A stretch of DNA of 64,000 nucleotides from Mobula hypostoma (lineage: Eukaryota), in contig NC_086118.1 in assembly GCF_963921235.1 (NCBI RefSeq), forward strand, positions 18,850,001 through 18,914,000. The letters are read 5' to 3'. Every line of letters starts with the position of its first letter. Position 1 is the stretch's first letter. The notes beneath the pieces were generated by a model. It had not been told where the DNA came from. It was given only the letters and a program-made list of their open reading frames with translations, and did not search any database. This document shows positions 52,601 to 64,000 of this stretch, piece after piece. A program made the translations under genes and the position numbers.

Positions 52601-55040
52601 GGCCAAATGGCCTACTCCTGCACCTATTTTCTATGTTTCTATATTAGTATGGGCTCTTATCTTCTTTAGCAGCCTCATGTGTGGCACCTTGTCAAAGGCC
52701 TTCTGAAAATCCAAGTACATGACATTCAGCTATCCTCCTTTGTCTATTCTGCTTATTATTTCTGCAAAGAATTCCAACGGATTTGTCAAGCAAGGTTATC
52801 CCTTAAGGAAACCATGCTGACTTTGGCCTATTTTGTCATGTGTCTCCAAGCACCCCAAAACCACATCCTTAGCAGCCAATGCCAACAGCTTCCCAGCCAC
52901 TGAGGTCATGCTAACTGGATAATTTCCTTTCTTCTGTCTCCCTCACTTCTTGAAGACTGGAGTGACATTTGCAATTTTCTAGTCCTCTGGAACCATGCCA
53001 GAATCTATTGGTTCTCGAAAGATCATTGCTAATGCTTCCTCAGTTTCTTCAGCTACCTCTTTTAGCACCTTGTGCTGTAGTCCTTCAGGTCCAGGTAACT
53101 TTCCTACCTTCAGACCTGTCAGTTTCTCAAGCACCATCTCCCTGCTAATAGCAACCACCCTCACTTCTGCCCCTCGACACTCTTGAACTTCTGGCATATT
53201 GCTGGTGTCTTCCACAGTGATGACTGATGCATAATACTTGTTCAGTTTGTCTGCCATTTCCTTGTCTCCCGTTATTATCTTCCAGCATCACTTTCCAGCA
53301 GTCCAATATCTACTCTCACCTCTCTTTATTTTCCCAGTCAATCTGCATATTGAAATCCCCGATGACTAACGTAACATTGACTTTTTGACATGCTTTTTCT
53401 ATCTCCAGCTGTAATTTGTAGAACACATCCTGGCTACTGTTCGGAGGCCTGTAAAGAACTCCCACTGGGGTCTTCTTACCCTTGCAGATTCTTAACTCTA
53501 CCCACAAGGATTTTATATCTTCTGATCCTATGTCACCTCTTTCTAAAGATTTGATTTCACTTTTTACCAGCAGAGCCTCTCCTACTCCTCTGCCTATTTG
53601 TCTGTCCTTTTGAAGGATTGTGTATCCTTTGATAGTTAGTTCCCAACTATAATCATCTTTCAGCCATGACTCCATGATACCCACAATGTCATACCTACTG
53701 ATCTCTAACTACACTACAAGATCATCCACCTTATTTCAAATACTGCATGCATTCAAATATAACACCTTCAGTCCTGTATTTTTTTCATCCTTTTCAATTT
53801 TGTCCCCCTTAAAATACTGCACCCTACTGACTGCAATTTTTCACTATGGTCTGCCTGTCCTTCCTGACTATATGTCACGTCTGCTTGTAAACCAGCATTC
53901 CTACCTCAGCCCTATCATTCTGGTTCTCCTCCTCCACCAAATTAGTTTAAACTCTCCCCAACAGCTCTGTCCTTAAGGATATTGCCTCCCCCCCTTGGGT
54001 TCAGGTGTAGCCTGCCCCTTTTTGTACAGGTCATACCTACCCCAGAGGAGATCCCAATGATCCATAAATCTGAAACCCTGCCCGCTGCTCCAGTTCGTCA
54101 GCCACATATTCATCTGTAAAATCATCCTATTCTTGCTGTCGTTGGAGCGTGGCACAGTCAGCAATCCAGAGATTGCTACCCTGGAGGGCATGTTTTTCAG
54201 CTTTCTACCTCTCTCTCTAAACTCTCTTTTTTCCTTCCTATGTCACTGGCACTGATATGTACCAAAACTTGTGGCAGCTCAGCCTCCCCATTTAGAATAC
54301 CATGGACACAGTCCGAGACGTCCCAGACCCCAGCACTTGGGAGGCAATATACCATCTGGGTCTCTCTATCGTGTACACAGACTCTCCTATCTATTTGTGT
54401 CACTATGGAATCTCCTCTCACCATTGTATTCCCCCTCTGGTCCCTTCCCTTCTGAGCCTCAGCACTAGATTGAGTGCCAGAGACATGGTCGATGTGGCTC
54501 CCCCCGGGAGGTCAACTCCCGCAGCAGCATCCAAAATGGTACACTTGTTATTGAGAGGAACTGCCACGGGGTACTCTGTATTGGCTTCTATTTCTCTTCC
54601 CACTCCTGATAGTCACCCATTCACCTGCCTCCTGTAACCTCATGGTGACTACCTTCCTGTAGCTCCTATCTATCATCTCCTCAGTTTCCCTTATGAATCA
54701 AAGGTCATCGAGTTGCAGCTCCAGTTCTTTAACATGTTCTCTGAGGAGCTGCAGCCCAGTGCATCTGGAGCAGATGTGGCTATCCGGGAGGCTGGAGGTC
54801 TTCCAGAATTGCCACATCTCAAACGAAGAACAAAACACAGCCCCTGAGCCATTCACACTGCCCTAATTATACACTTACAGATGAAGAATGAGCAAGGAAA
54901 AGCTTACCAGGTGCTTACATTGCCCATGCCTGTTACTGCCCAAGTCTGTTGAGCCAGAGCAAAAATCTCTCACTGATCCACTCACACAATGGCCACTCCA
55001 CTTGCTCCTGTCTATTTTTTGGCTTTGCTAATTAATCCTG
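49612..55040 (-). mobile_element. Near full-length decayed CR1 LINE (ORF1 Zn-finger/esterase, ORF2 APE and RT), split by a younger CR1
   Basis: ORF1: CSRCTGLQLL..VKELELQLDDL (about 54700-54830) and GDSIV...VLVHISASDIG (54197-54424). APE: ESWL...GVLYRPPNS...IGDFN (53316-53684). RT pieces at 52645-53260 and 49900-50640. Tail cataagaacataaga at 49611. Confidence 0.9.
50648..52643 (+). mobile_element. Young 5'-truncated CR1 LINE ORF2
   Basis: About 570 open codons: NYRPVSLTS, QHGF, SGVPQGSVLGP, KFAHD (FADD mutated), YCVQFWSP. Frameshift near 52345, tail tttctatgtttcta. Confidence 0.97.
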
Positions 55041-55960
55041 AACTCCAGTTGGTTACTGTTCAAGCTCTGAAAAAATTGCTATGAAGCGCTGATTTATAAA
55101 GTTCTCCTCAGCCTGGGAGAAGACACCATTACTCAATACTCCCATGTATACTACTAACCATATCACTAGTATTTGTACTAATGGAAGCAAAAATATAAAG
55201 CTCTTCATTCTCTTAGTCATGCTAGAATTAAATATGGATGGTCCAACTCCTGGTTAATGTCTGGTTGAGGAATCTGATAAACCTTCAGGGATGTTAACAG
55301 ATTCTCAAACAGATGGATGATTTGCACAATAGAAACATGAAAAAAAAATCTTTTCAGTGACTCATAATCCAGCAGCTAGATTTAAAAGAACAGTCTGATT
55401 TTTTGATGTTTGAACCTTGAATTTTTTCCTGTCTCTAAGACGTATTCACCACAAGTGTCACTCCTTGTTATTTCAAAACAAAACCTTGAAGTTAAATGTA
55501 AAAGGCACCTAAATCTCAGCAAAATTAGCAGGTAATATCAAACAAAAGTTTAACACTGGGTCACGCAATTTCAGGGAAAGAAGTAGAGTGATTTTAATCT
55601 TCAGTAACAATTTACAAACTGGGGTACAAATTAGGAAAAGAATGCAGCTAAGCCATAGATAATTGTGGAAGAGTAATCTTTACTTTGAAAAATTGCAGTA
55701 ATTTGCAGAAAGCAGGAGGCTTGTTCATTTTCTGGGGGAATATAACTTTAAAACACCTAAACTAAGGGAAAAGAGATTTGACAGTGGTGACTGTTTCTCC
55801 CTTGCTCAAAAATGGAATAAGGTTAGACCAGTAACTACAGGCCAGTTAATTTAACTTCAGTCAAACAACAGGAATTCTGCAGATGCTGGAAATTCAAACA
55901 ACACACATCAAAGTTGCTGGTGAACGCAGCAGGCCAGGCAGCATCTCTAGGAAGAGGTGC

Positions 55961-55996
55961 AGTCGACGTTTCAGGCCGAGACCCTTCGTCAGGACT
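55961..55996 (-). ncRNA. Minimal type I hammerhead ribozyme motif in the Penelope terminus
   Basis: Minus strand AGUC-CUGACGA-AGG(GUCUCGG)CCU-GAAA-CGUC-GACU: intact core boxes, helix I AGUC/GACU, helix II AGG/CCU, palindromic ACGU helix III, GUC triplet. Confidence 0.7.
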
Positions 55997-56169
55997 AACT
56001 GAAGGAAGAGTGAGTATGAGATTTGAAAGTTGGAGGGGGAGGGGGAGATCCAAAATGATAGGAGAAGACAGGAGGGGGAGGGATGGAGCCAAGAGCTGGA
56101 CAGGTGATTGGCAAAAGGGATAGGAGAGGATCATGGGACAGGAGGTCCGGGAAGAAAGACAAGAGGGGG

Positions 56170-56398
56170 TATGGTAAACCATGTATATATGTTGTAACTC
56201 GGTTACCTGTCTGGACACACCCCTCTGCTGACTGCCCCTGTGGCTCCTCCCACAGTGTCCTGTATAAAGGTGTTCACCTTGCCCCGCCCCCTCAGTCCGG
56301 GGGCAGACACTCACTGTGGAGATCATATTGTACAGCGAATAAAAGCCTTTCAGTATTTTACCAAACCTCAGTCTTTTGGAGTAATTGAAGGTGCTTCA
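56170..56398 (+). mobile_element. Solo LTR (229 bp) inside the Penelope UTR
   Basis: Starts ta(tg)tggtaaacc, ends gtgcttca. TATAAA at 56263, AATAAA at 56338. G-runs on both sides are a candidate TSD. Confidence 0.75.
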
Positions 56399-59344
56399 GG
56401 GGGGGAACCCAGAGGATGGGCAAGGGGTATATTCAGAGGGACAGAGGGAGAAAAAGGACAGTGAGAGAAAGAATGTGTGTATAAAAATAAGTAACAGATG
56501 GGGAACGAGGGGGAGGTGGGGCATTAGCGGAAGTTAGAGAAGTCGATGTTCATGCCATCAGGTTGGAGGCTACCCAAACGGAATATAAGGTGTTGCTCCT
56601 CCAACCTGAGTGTGGCTTCATCTTTACAGTAGAGGAGGCCGTGGATAGACATGTCAGAATGGGAATGGGATGTGGAGTTAAAATGTGTGGCCACTGAGAG
56701 ATCCTGCTTTCTCTGGTGGACAGAGCGTAGGTGTTCAGCAAAGCGGTCTCCCAGTCTGCGTCGGGTCTTCCCAATATATAAAAGGCCACATCGGGAGCAC
56801 CGGACGCAGTATATCACCCCAGCTGACTCACAGGTGAAGTGTCGCCTCACCTTGAAGGACAGTCTGGGGCCCTGAATGGTGGTAAGGGAGGAAGTGTAAG
56901 GGCATGTGTAGCACTTGTTCCGCTTACACGGATAAGTGCCAGGAGGGAGATCAGTGGGGAGGGATGGGGGGGACGAATAGACAAGGGAGTCGCGTAGGGA
57001 GTGATCCCTGTGGAAAGCGGGGTGGGGGGAGGGAAAGATGTGCTTAGTGGTGGGATCCCGTTGGAGGTGGCGGAAGTTACGGATAATAATATGTTGGACC
57101 CGGAGGCTGGTGGGGTGGTAGGTGAGGACCAGGGGAACCCTATTCCTAGTGGGGTGGCGGGAGGATGGAGTGGGAGCAGATGTACATGAAATGGGGGAGA
57201 TGCATTTAAGAGCAGAGTTGATAGTGGAGGAAGGGAAGCCCCTTTCTTTAAAAAAAGAAAACATCTCCCTCGTCCTAGAATGAAAAGCCTCATCCTGAGA
57301 GCAGATGCGGCAGAGACGGAGGAATTGCAAGAAGGGGATGGCGTTTTTGCAAGAGACAGGGTGAGAAGAGGAATAGTCCAGATAGCTGTGAGAGTCAGTA
57401 GGCTTATAGTAGACATCAGTGGATAGGCTGTCTCCAGAGACAGAGACAGAAAGATCTTGAAAGGGGAGGGAGGCGACGGAAATGGACCAAGTAAACTTGA
57501 GGGCAGGATGATAGTTGGAGGCAAAGTTAATAAAGTCAACGAGCTCTGCATGCATGCAGGAAGCAGCGCCAATGCAGTCGTTGATCTAGCAAAGGAAAAG
57601 TGGGGGACAGATACCAGAACAGGCACGGAACATAGATTATTCCACAAAGCCAACAAAAAGGCAGGCATAGCTAGGACCCATACGGGTGCCCATAGCTACA
57701 CCTTTAGTTTGGAGGAAGTAGGAGGATCCAAGGGAGAAATTATTAAGAGTAAGGACTAATTCCGCTAGACGGAGCAGAGTGGTGGTAGAGGGGAACTGAT
57801 TAGGTCTGGAATACAAAAAGAAGCATAGAGCTTTGAGACCTTCCTGATGGGGGATGGAAGTATATAGGGACTGGACATCCATGGTGAAAATAAAGCGGTG
57901 GGGGCCAGGGAACTTAAAATCATCGAAAAGTTTAAGAGTGTGAGATGTGTCACGAACATAGGTAGGAAGGGATTGAACAAGGGGGGATAAAACCGTGTCG
58001 AGGTATGCAGAAACAAGTTCGGTGGCGCAGGAGCAAGCTGAGACAATAGGTCGGCCAGGACAGGCAGGTTTGTGGATCTTGGGTAGGAGGTAGAAACAGG
58101 AAGTGAGAGGTGTAGGAACTATAAGGTTGGTAGCAGTGGATGGGAGATCCCCTGAGCGGATAAAGTCGGTGATGGTGTGGGAGACAATGGCCTGGTGCTC
58201 CTTAGTGGGGTCACGATCAAGGGGTAATTATGAGGAGGTATCCGCGAGTTGTCTCTGTGCCTCGGCAAGGTAGAGGTCAGTGCGCCAGACTACAACAGCA
58301 CCCCCCTTATCGGCGAGTTAATAATAAGTTAGGATTAGTGCGGAGGGAGTGGAGAGCAGAGCGTTCCGAAGGAGTGAGGTTGGAATGGGGACAAGGTGTG
58401 GTGAAATCGAGACGGTTGATGTCCCGTCAGCAGTTAGCAATAAAGAGATCCAGAGCAGGCAGAAGACCAGAGCGGGGTGTCCATGAAGAGGAGGAGGGTT
58501 AAAGACGGGAGAAGGGGTCATCGGTGGTGGTGGAAGAGTCCTTGCCGAAGAAGTAGGCTTGAGACGGAGACGGTGGAAGAAGAGTTTCGCATCATGGCGA
58601 ATGCGGAACTCGCTGAGGTGTGGGCGAAGGGGGACAAAGGTGAGGCCCTTACTGAGGACAGAGCGTTCTGCCTCCGACAGTTGAAGGTCAGAGGGGATGG
58701 TAAAGACCCGGCACGGATGAGAGCTGGGATCAGAGGGGGGAGGGGGGAGGCTGGGGGTGTCAGTGGAGAGGGGAAGGTTGGGGTGAGAGGAAGATGGAGC
58801 CTCTGAGGGCCCAGGAGTTGACGGTGGGATCTGAGGGAGACGGGATTGCAGAGTATTGGTGGGGGAAGGGGAGAAGGGAGTCCCAATAGCAGCACATAAA
58901 GACCCGGCCTGGAGTTCAAGGCTGGAGTCGCAGTTGGTGGTTGTGCAATCACTTTGAAGGTGTCCATGGTCAATTTAACTTCAGTGGTGGAAAGGCTTTT
59001 AGAGATATTGATGTGGGATACAATTAACAGCCATCTGGAAGAAAATGGATGAAGGCAAGTCAGCATGGATTTGTTCAGGGCAAATTATTTTTAACTATTC
59101 TTCTGTTATTGAAGTCTCTGAGATGATATCGGCAATGTGGTTAATGTGGCACATGGCTCAATAAGGATGCCTGAAGAGGATCTCCAACAGTTACTTAAGG
59201 CTGCAAAAATGATGGAGAACAACGAGAAGGACTTGTTCACCATAATCAAAAGCATGAAAATTGCCATTTTAACATTAACCGGAGCGGACCTAACAGTCTG
59301 GCAGGCCTGAGATCCCACTGGAGGGATTCAAAAATGAAATTCAA

Positions 59345-59940
59345 TATGGATGCAGGAATAGGACTTTTCCCCCTCATACTAGCTTGGTTATACATAAGAT
59401 CGGACCAACATCACAGTGGGTCAGCATCTCATTCCTTCACTAACCCCAAATTCCCTTGGTTGCCTTCATATCTAAAAACGTATCCCAATGTCAGTGGCGC
59501 AACCTCTATGGACCTCTTGGGTAGAGACCTTTCTCTGGATGAAGAAGCTTCTCTTCTCAGCGTTGAATGTTAGATCCTTTTATTTAAGATCAGGAATCAG
59601 GAACCAGGTTCCAGGCACTCCAGCCATGGGGACATCATTGCTGAACAACTAACAATCTGCTAGAGGAACTTGGTGGGTCAAGTATGACAAAGGAGGTGTA
59701 AGGAATTGAAGTTCTGTGTCGAAATCCTGCATCAGCTCTATCTAAGTCCTGATGCAGGGTTTCACTCTTAAATAGCGACAGCTCCTCTCCCCCTGTGGGT
59801 GCTGATAAACTTACTGAGTTTCCCTAGCAGAATACGTACTGTTCCAACTGCCAGCATCTGCACTCTCATGTGTTTCCAAACATTGTCCCTTTATCTACAC
59901 TACCACATGCATTAGAATTCAGTGAGATCACTGCTCATTA
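59345..59940 (-). mobile_element. Old CR1 3' end containing a Penelope-terminus hairpin (59641-59877)
   Basis: gcaggaataggac...ctctggatgaagaagcttctcttc...cagccatgggga / aacattgtccctttatctacac...gtgagatca. Confidence 0.55.
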
Positions 59941-60344
59941 ACTTTACATTTTTTTATTATATTGATAGAAGCTTTTACAGTTTGCTTTTGTTTCCCATTA
60001 GATTATGCTTGTATCTTACTTTCCCACTCATTATCAATTTCTTAATCTTCCTTTGTTCTCAATCCTTTGTCTTGGCAACTTTACAAGCTTTTTCCTTTAA
60101 TCTAATACTATCTTATACTAATCTAATACTAACTGTTGAAATCTATGGCTGAATTGCTTTTCCTGTTGGGTTTTTGTGCCTTTCAATGAAAATACATATA
60201 TTATTTTTAAATTATTTATAGTTCTTTAAATGTCAGATATTGCTCATTTATTGCCATTCTGTTACATTGTTTCTAATCTCCCATAACCAACCGATATTTC
60301 ATACCATTGGAGGTTGACTTGTTGAGATTAAAGATTCTGGCAGA

Positions 60345-60760
60345 GAATGTTATTTAGAAATAGGCCATTCAGCCCAACCATCTATTTCAATATTCATGAT
60401 GTGCTTGAGCTTCCTCCTGGTATTCTTCATTGAACCTATCAGTGAAGTACTCTATTTCATTTTCCTCTGTATATCTATCCAACCTTCCCTAAAATGCACC
60501 TACACCATTTGCTTCAATGACTCTCTGTGGTAATAAGTTCCAATTCTCATAATTCTCTGGAGAAAGAGGGTTCTTCTGAATCCCCCTTTTGATATCTTGA
60601 TAAATGTCTTAAAATGACAGCTTTTAGCTATGTTCTTTCCCTCAAGTAGAACCACTCCCAGCTTCCACTCTGTCAAAATCCCTCATAGTTTAAAATCTGA
60701 TGTGGGTCATTCCTCAGCTTGCTCTTTTCAAGAGAAAGTTTGTACATCTTTTTCTGATAT
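60345..60760 (-). mobile_element. Old CR1 3' end
   Basis: ataggccattcagcccaac...gcttcaatgactctctgtggtaataagttcca...ctctggagaaagagggttcttctgaatccc. Confidence 0.65.
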
Positions 60761-61614
60761 TCATACCCTTGCAGATTCTCTTATACTCAGAAATGCACAT
60801 GATCCATGGCAACATCAGCGCACATTTGGAAAGGAGAACAAATTCAAGGACTCTGCACTAAAATGGGGTGAATTATTTGAGAACAAGGATGACAAAGATA
60901 GACTGGGGTGTTTAGATGGGTAGTGCTATGGTAACTGATGGAAGGAAGGTAGGAATAGTCTTGGCTAATGTTGGGCCAGGAAAATGGGTTTGGGTGATCA
61001 ATAACTTGGGTGGAATGGGTTCAAGGGGATGATAAAGGACCTAACAGAAAAAGAAATTTGAGATCAAAATAGAATATGATCCCATCAGGAAAATTGCATG
61101 TTTTCAGAACTGAAGCAGTAGAAGATTCATTGGATGCATGGACTTCAGAAAGAAATACACCAGAGGCAGTTGAATCCACACTGCAGAAAAGAATAGGTGA
61201 GGCTGCATGATATCGGTGGGTGAAGCTAGTTTAACCAGGTGCTTTACAGTGAGGAGATGACCTCCATATAGAAAAACATTTTAATAATGGAGAACAGGAT
61301 TTTATAATGTTTCATATGCTCTACTAACTGTTTAAGTCAGTTTTCCACAAATACAAATCTTTCAACATAGAAACACAAAGCTTTTAAGGAAACCTTTAGA
61401 AAACATTGGCTTTACAAACGTACAAGAGCAAAGGAGCTGTTCTAAATCTTTGTACAATGCTGCTGAGACCTTACCTGGACAATTGTGCTCTGTTTGTGAT
61501 ACTAAGGTTTTGGAAGGCTATTAAGGCCTTGGTGAGATCACAAAACAAATTTATAATAGGGACTTAATAGCGATCAGAGATCTGGATTATTTAGAAAGAT
61601 TGAAGAAACCGCTC

Positions 61615-63948
61615 AATAGTCAGTGGGAACTTGGAGCAGATATATCTAGAAATTGCATATAGTTGTAAGAATAATCAGACAGTGTTAGTGGGAAATTTCA
61701 ATTTTCCCAGTGTAGTCTAGGCTAGCTAAGTGCCAAGAACCTGGATGTGGTGGAATTTGTGCAGTGTGTTCAAGACAGTTTCCTAACATAATATGTAGAG
61801 GAATCTCCTCCGAAAGGAGCGATACTGGACCTCCTGTTAGGAAACAAGGTGGGTCAAGTAACTGATGTTGTAGTTAAGGAGCACTTTGGGTCCAGTGACC
61901 ACAATTCTCTTAGTGGTAAAATAGTTATGGAAAAAGATAGAACTGGTCCACAGGTACAATCCTGAATTGGAGCTGGGCCATCTCTGAAGGCATTAGGCGG
62001 GTTCTAGTCAGGGTCAAATGGGCAACTCTGTTTAAAGGCAAAAGAACAGTTGGCAAGTCAGACGCTTGTAAGAGGATCATATAAAATGTCCATATTCCTG
62101 TTAGAGTTAGGGGTAACATAACAAGTTGAGTGAACTCTTGCTGATGAGATATTGAGGTTTTAGTCAGGAAAAAGGAGGTGGAGTACATTTCAGGCAGCTG
62201 GATACAAATGAATCCCTTGACAAATATAAAAAAAGTTTCAAAGCAGCCAAAAGAGGGAGGAGGACAAAAAGAGGATATGAGATGGTTTTGGCAATACTAA
62301 AGATAATCTTAATTCCAAGAGGTTTTTCAGTTAGATTAACAGTATAAGGATAATTGGGGACAGAGTAGGTATCTTAAAGAACATTAGGGTGACCTGTGTG
62401 TGGAGCTGCAGGAGATAGCTGAAATTTTTAATAACTATTTCTGTTACTAAAAAGAGTATCATGACGCCAGTGAAATTAAGATAATAAGTACTGAGGTCTT
62501 TGGATCATTTTCACATTACAGGGAAGGTGGTATTTACAATTTTAAAGTGTACAAAATTTGGCAAATACCCAGGTACACATTTGGTCCTTAAGGGAGGCCA
62601 AGAAACAAATCAGGAAGATCTTTGTAGTGATATTTGCTTAATCATTTGTCACTGATGAAGCTCCAGCAGACTCCGGGGGGGAGGGGGTAGCGGTGGCTAA
62701 TGTTGCTCCATTGTTCAAGAAGTGTTGCAAAGACAGGCTAGGGACCTTGACTTCAGCTATAGCGAAGTTATTGGAGGGAATTCTGAGGGACAAGTTCTAC
62801 CATCACTTGGATAGTCAAGGGCTGATCATAAATAGTCAGCATGGTTTTTCCAGTGAGAGATTATGCCTGCTGAATCTTTTGGAGTATTTGAAGAGATAAT
62901 TAAAGGGACAGGTAAAGGTAGGGCAATGGATGTTGTCTATATGGACTTCAGTAAGGCCTTTGAGAAGGACCACACAACTGGCTGATCTGGGAGGTAAGTC
63001 ACAGGGAATTCCAGAGAGCTAGTGAGGTGGACTCAGAATTAGTTCAATGATAGGAAGCAGACGGCAATGGTAGAATGTTGCTTCTCCAACTGGAGGCCTA
63101 CATTTAATAGGGGCCAGTGTCAGAACCTCTGTTGTTCACTATTTATACAAATGATTTGGGTGCAAACGTATATGGCATGATTAGCTGATGATGGCAAAGC
63201 AGGTTACAATGAATTACAAAGAGTTCTTGATCAGTTAGAGACATAAACTGAGGAAAGGCTAATAGTCTTCAACTAGATAAGCTTGAGATGGTGCATTTTG
63301 AACATTCAGATCATGGTAGGACCTTTACAGTCAGTGCGCAGGGCACTGACACATGTCGTGTAGAACAAGTGAGCAGTTCACTGAAGCAGCCATGCAAGTA
63401 GACAGTGTGGTGAAGCAGGCTTTTAGCAGACTAGCCTTCATCAGTCAGAGCACTGAGCACAGGAGTTGGGACATTATGTTGCAGTTAGTTATATAAATTG
63501 TTGATGAAGCCGCACTTTCAGTGTTGTATACAGTTTTGGTCACCCTGCTGTAGGCAAGACAGTGTCAAGCTGGAGATGGTATAAACAACATTCATGAGCA
63601 TGCTGCCTTGAATAAAGGACCTGAGTTATGGGAGAAGGTTAGCCATGATGGATCTTTATTCTTTGGAGAATAGGAGAATGAGGGGAAGTCAGGGAAGTGT
63701 ATAAAATCATGAAGGGTTTGGATAAGGTGAACGGGTCATCATCTTTTCTCCAGGGTGAGGAAGTGCACAAGAGGGTACAGGTACACAGGTACCAGATAAA
63801 AGAGGGGAGAGATTTAAAGGAGACCTGAAAGGCAATATCTTTTTACAAAGGATTGTGGGTAGCTGGAACAAGCTGCCAGAGAAAGTGGTCTATGTAGTAG
63901 TCCAGGTCAACAGAATTGTAGGCACTTAACGGGTATTTGGATAGGTAC
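61615..63948 (+). mobile_element. Heavily decayed CR1 ORF2 (APE to RT to C-terminus)
   Basis: GAILDLLLGN and GSSDHN (61817-61905), ANVAPLFKK, SQHGF, atggacttcagtaaggcctttga (62941), cagttttggtcaccc, tggaacaagctgccaga. Many stops. Confidence 0.85.
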
Positions 63949-63952
63949 CTTT

Positions 63953-64000
63953 GGGGTGGCACAGTAACATAGTGGTTAGCACAACACTTTACAGTACAGG
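63953..64000 (+). mobile_element. tRNA-derived SINE 5' end (runs off window)
   Basis: ggcacagtaacatagtggttagc...ctttacagtacagg, same head as 6925. Confidence 0.7.

Larger units (their letters stand above)
55862..58971 (-). mobile_element. Penelope-like retroelement (RT and GIY-YIG endonuclease), inactivated, 14-bp TSD
   Basis: MDVQSLYTSIPH, GVAMGTRMGPSYA, YIDD mutated to *IND (57577-57588), CKRNKCYTC, VIYCVRCSRCGLLYIGKT..RFAEH. aatttaacttcagt duplicated at 55848-55861 and 58972-58985. Confidence 0.95.
55785..59095 (+). mobile_element. Old CR1 RT fragment split by the Penelope insertion
   Basis: NYRPVNLTS (55833-55859) resumes at 58972 as NLTSVVERLLEIL...SQHGFVQGK. Confidence 0.75.

Noticed and set aside
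56524..57555. 343-aa GIY-YIG ORF as a stand-alone nuclease gene
   Set aside because: It is the distal part of a Penelope ORF cut off by in-frame stops at 57586 and 57637.

Overview
Eukaryotic, repeat-rich DNA. The repeat complement (several CR1 subfamilies with (TTTCTATG)n-type tails, V-domain tRNA-SINEs, SacSINE1/Deu-like SINEs, Penelope, Rex1/Babar, RTE, Tc1) points to a cartilaginous fish, probably a ray. The only host coding sequence I can support is one 111-nt, phase-1/phase-1 exon on the minus strand (25468-25578). It encodes GLYGKDSGTSHGYRSGGPDLHNFISSGFVTLGRGHLK, which I recognise from memory as the alternatively spliced exon of SHISA6 (CKAMP52, an AMPA-receptor auxiliary subunit). The window is therefore most likely two large shisa6 introns. 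All long ORFs are retroelement remnants. The most notable structures are a minimal hammerhead-ribozyme motif in the Penelope terminus, related motifs in several short Penelope-derived tails (tandem and hairpin arrangements), and multi-layer nested insertions with readable target-site duplications (TSDs). I see no CRISPR array, rRNA, true tRNA gene or prokaryotic-type system, and I cannot claim a previously undescribed system. Family names come from motif recognition, not database searches. Boundaries of old repeats are approximate.
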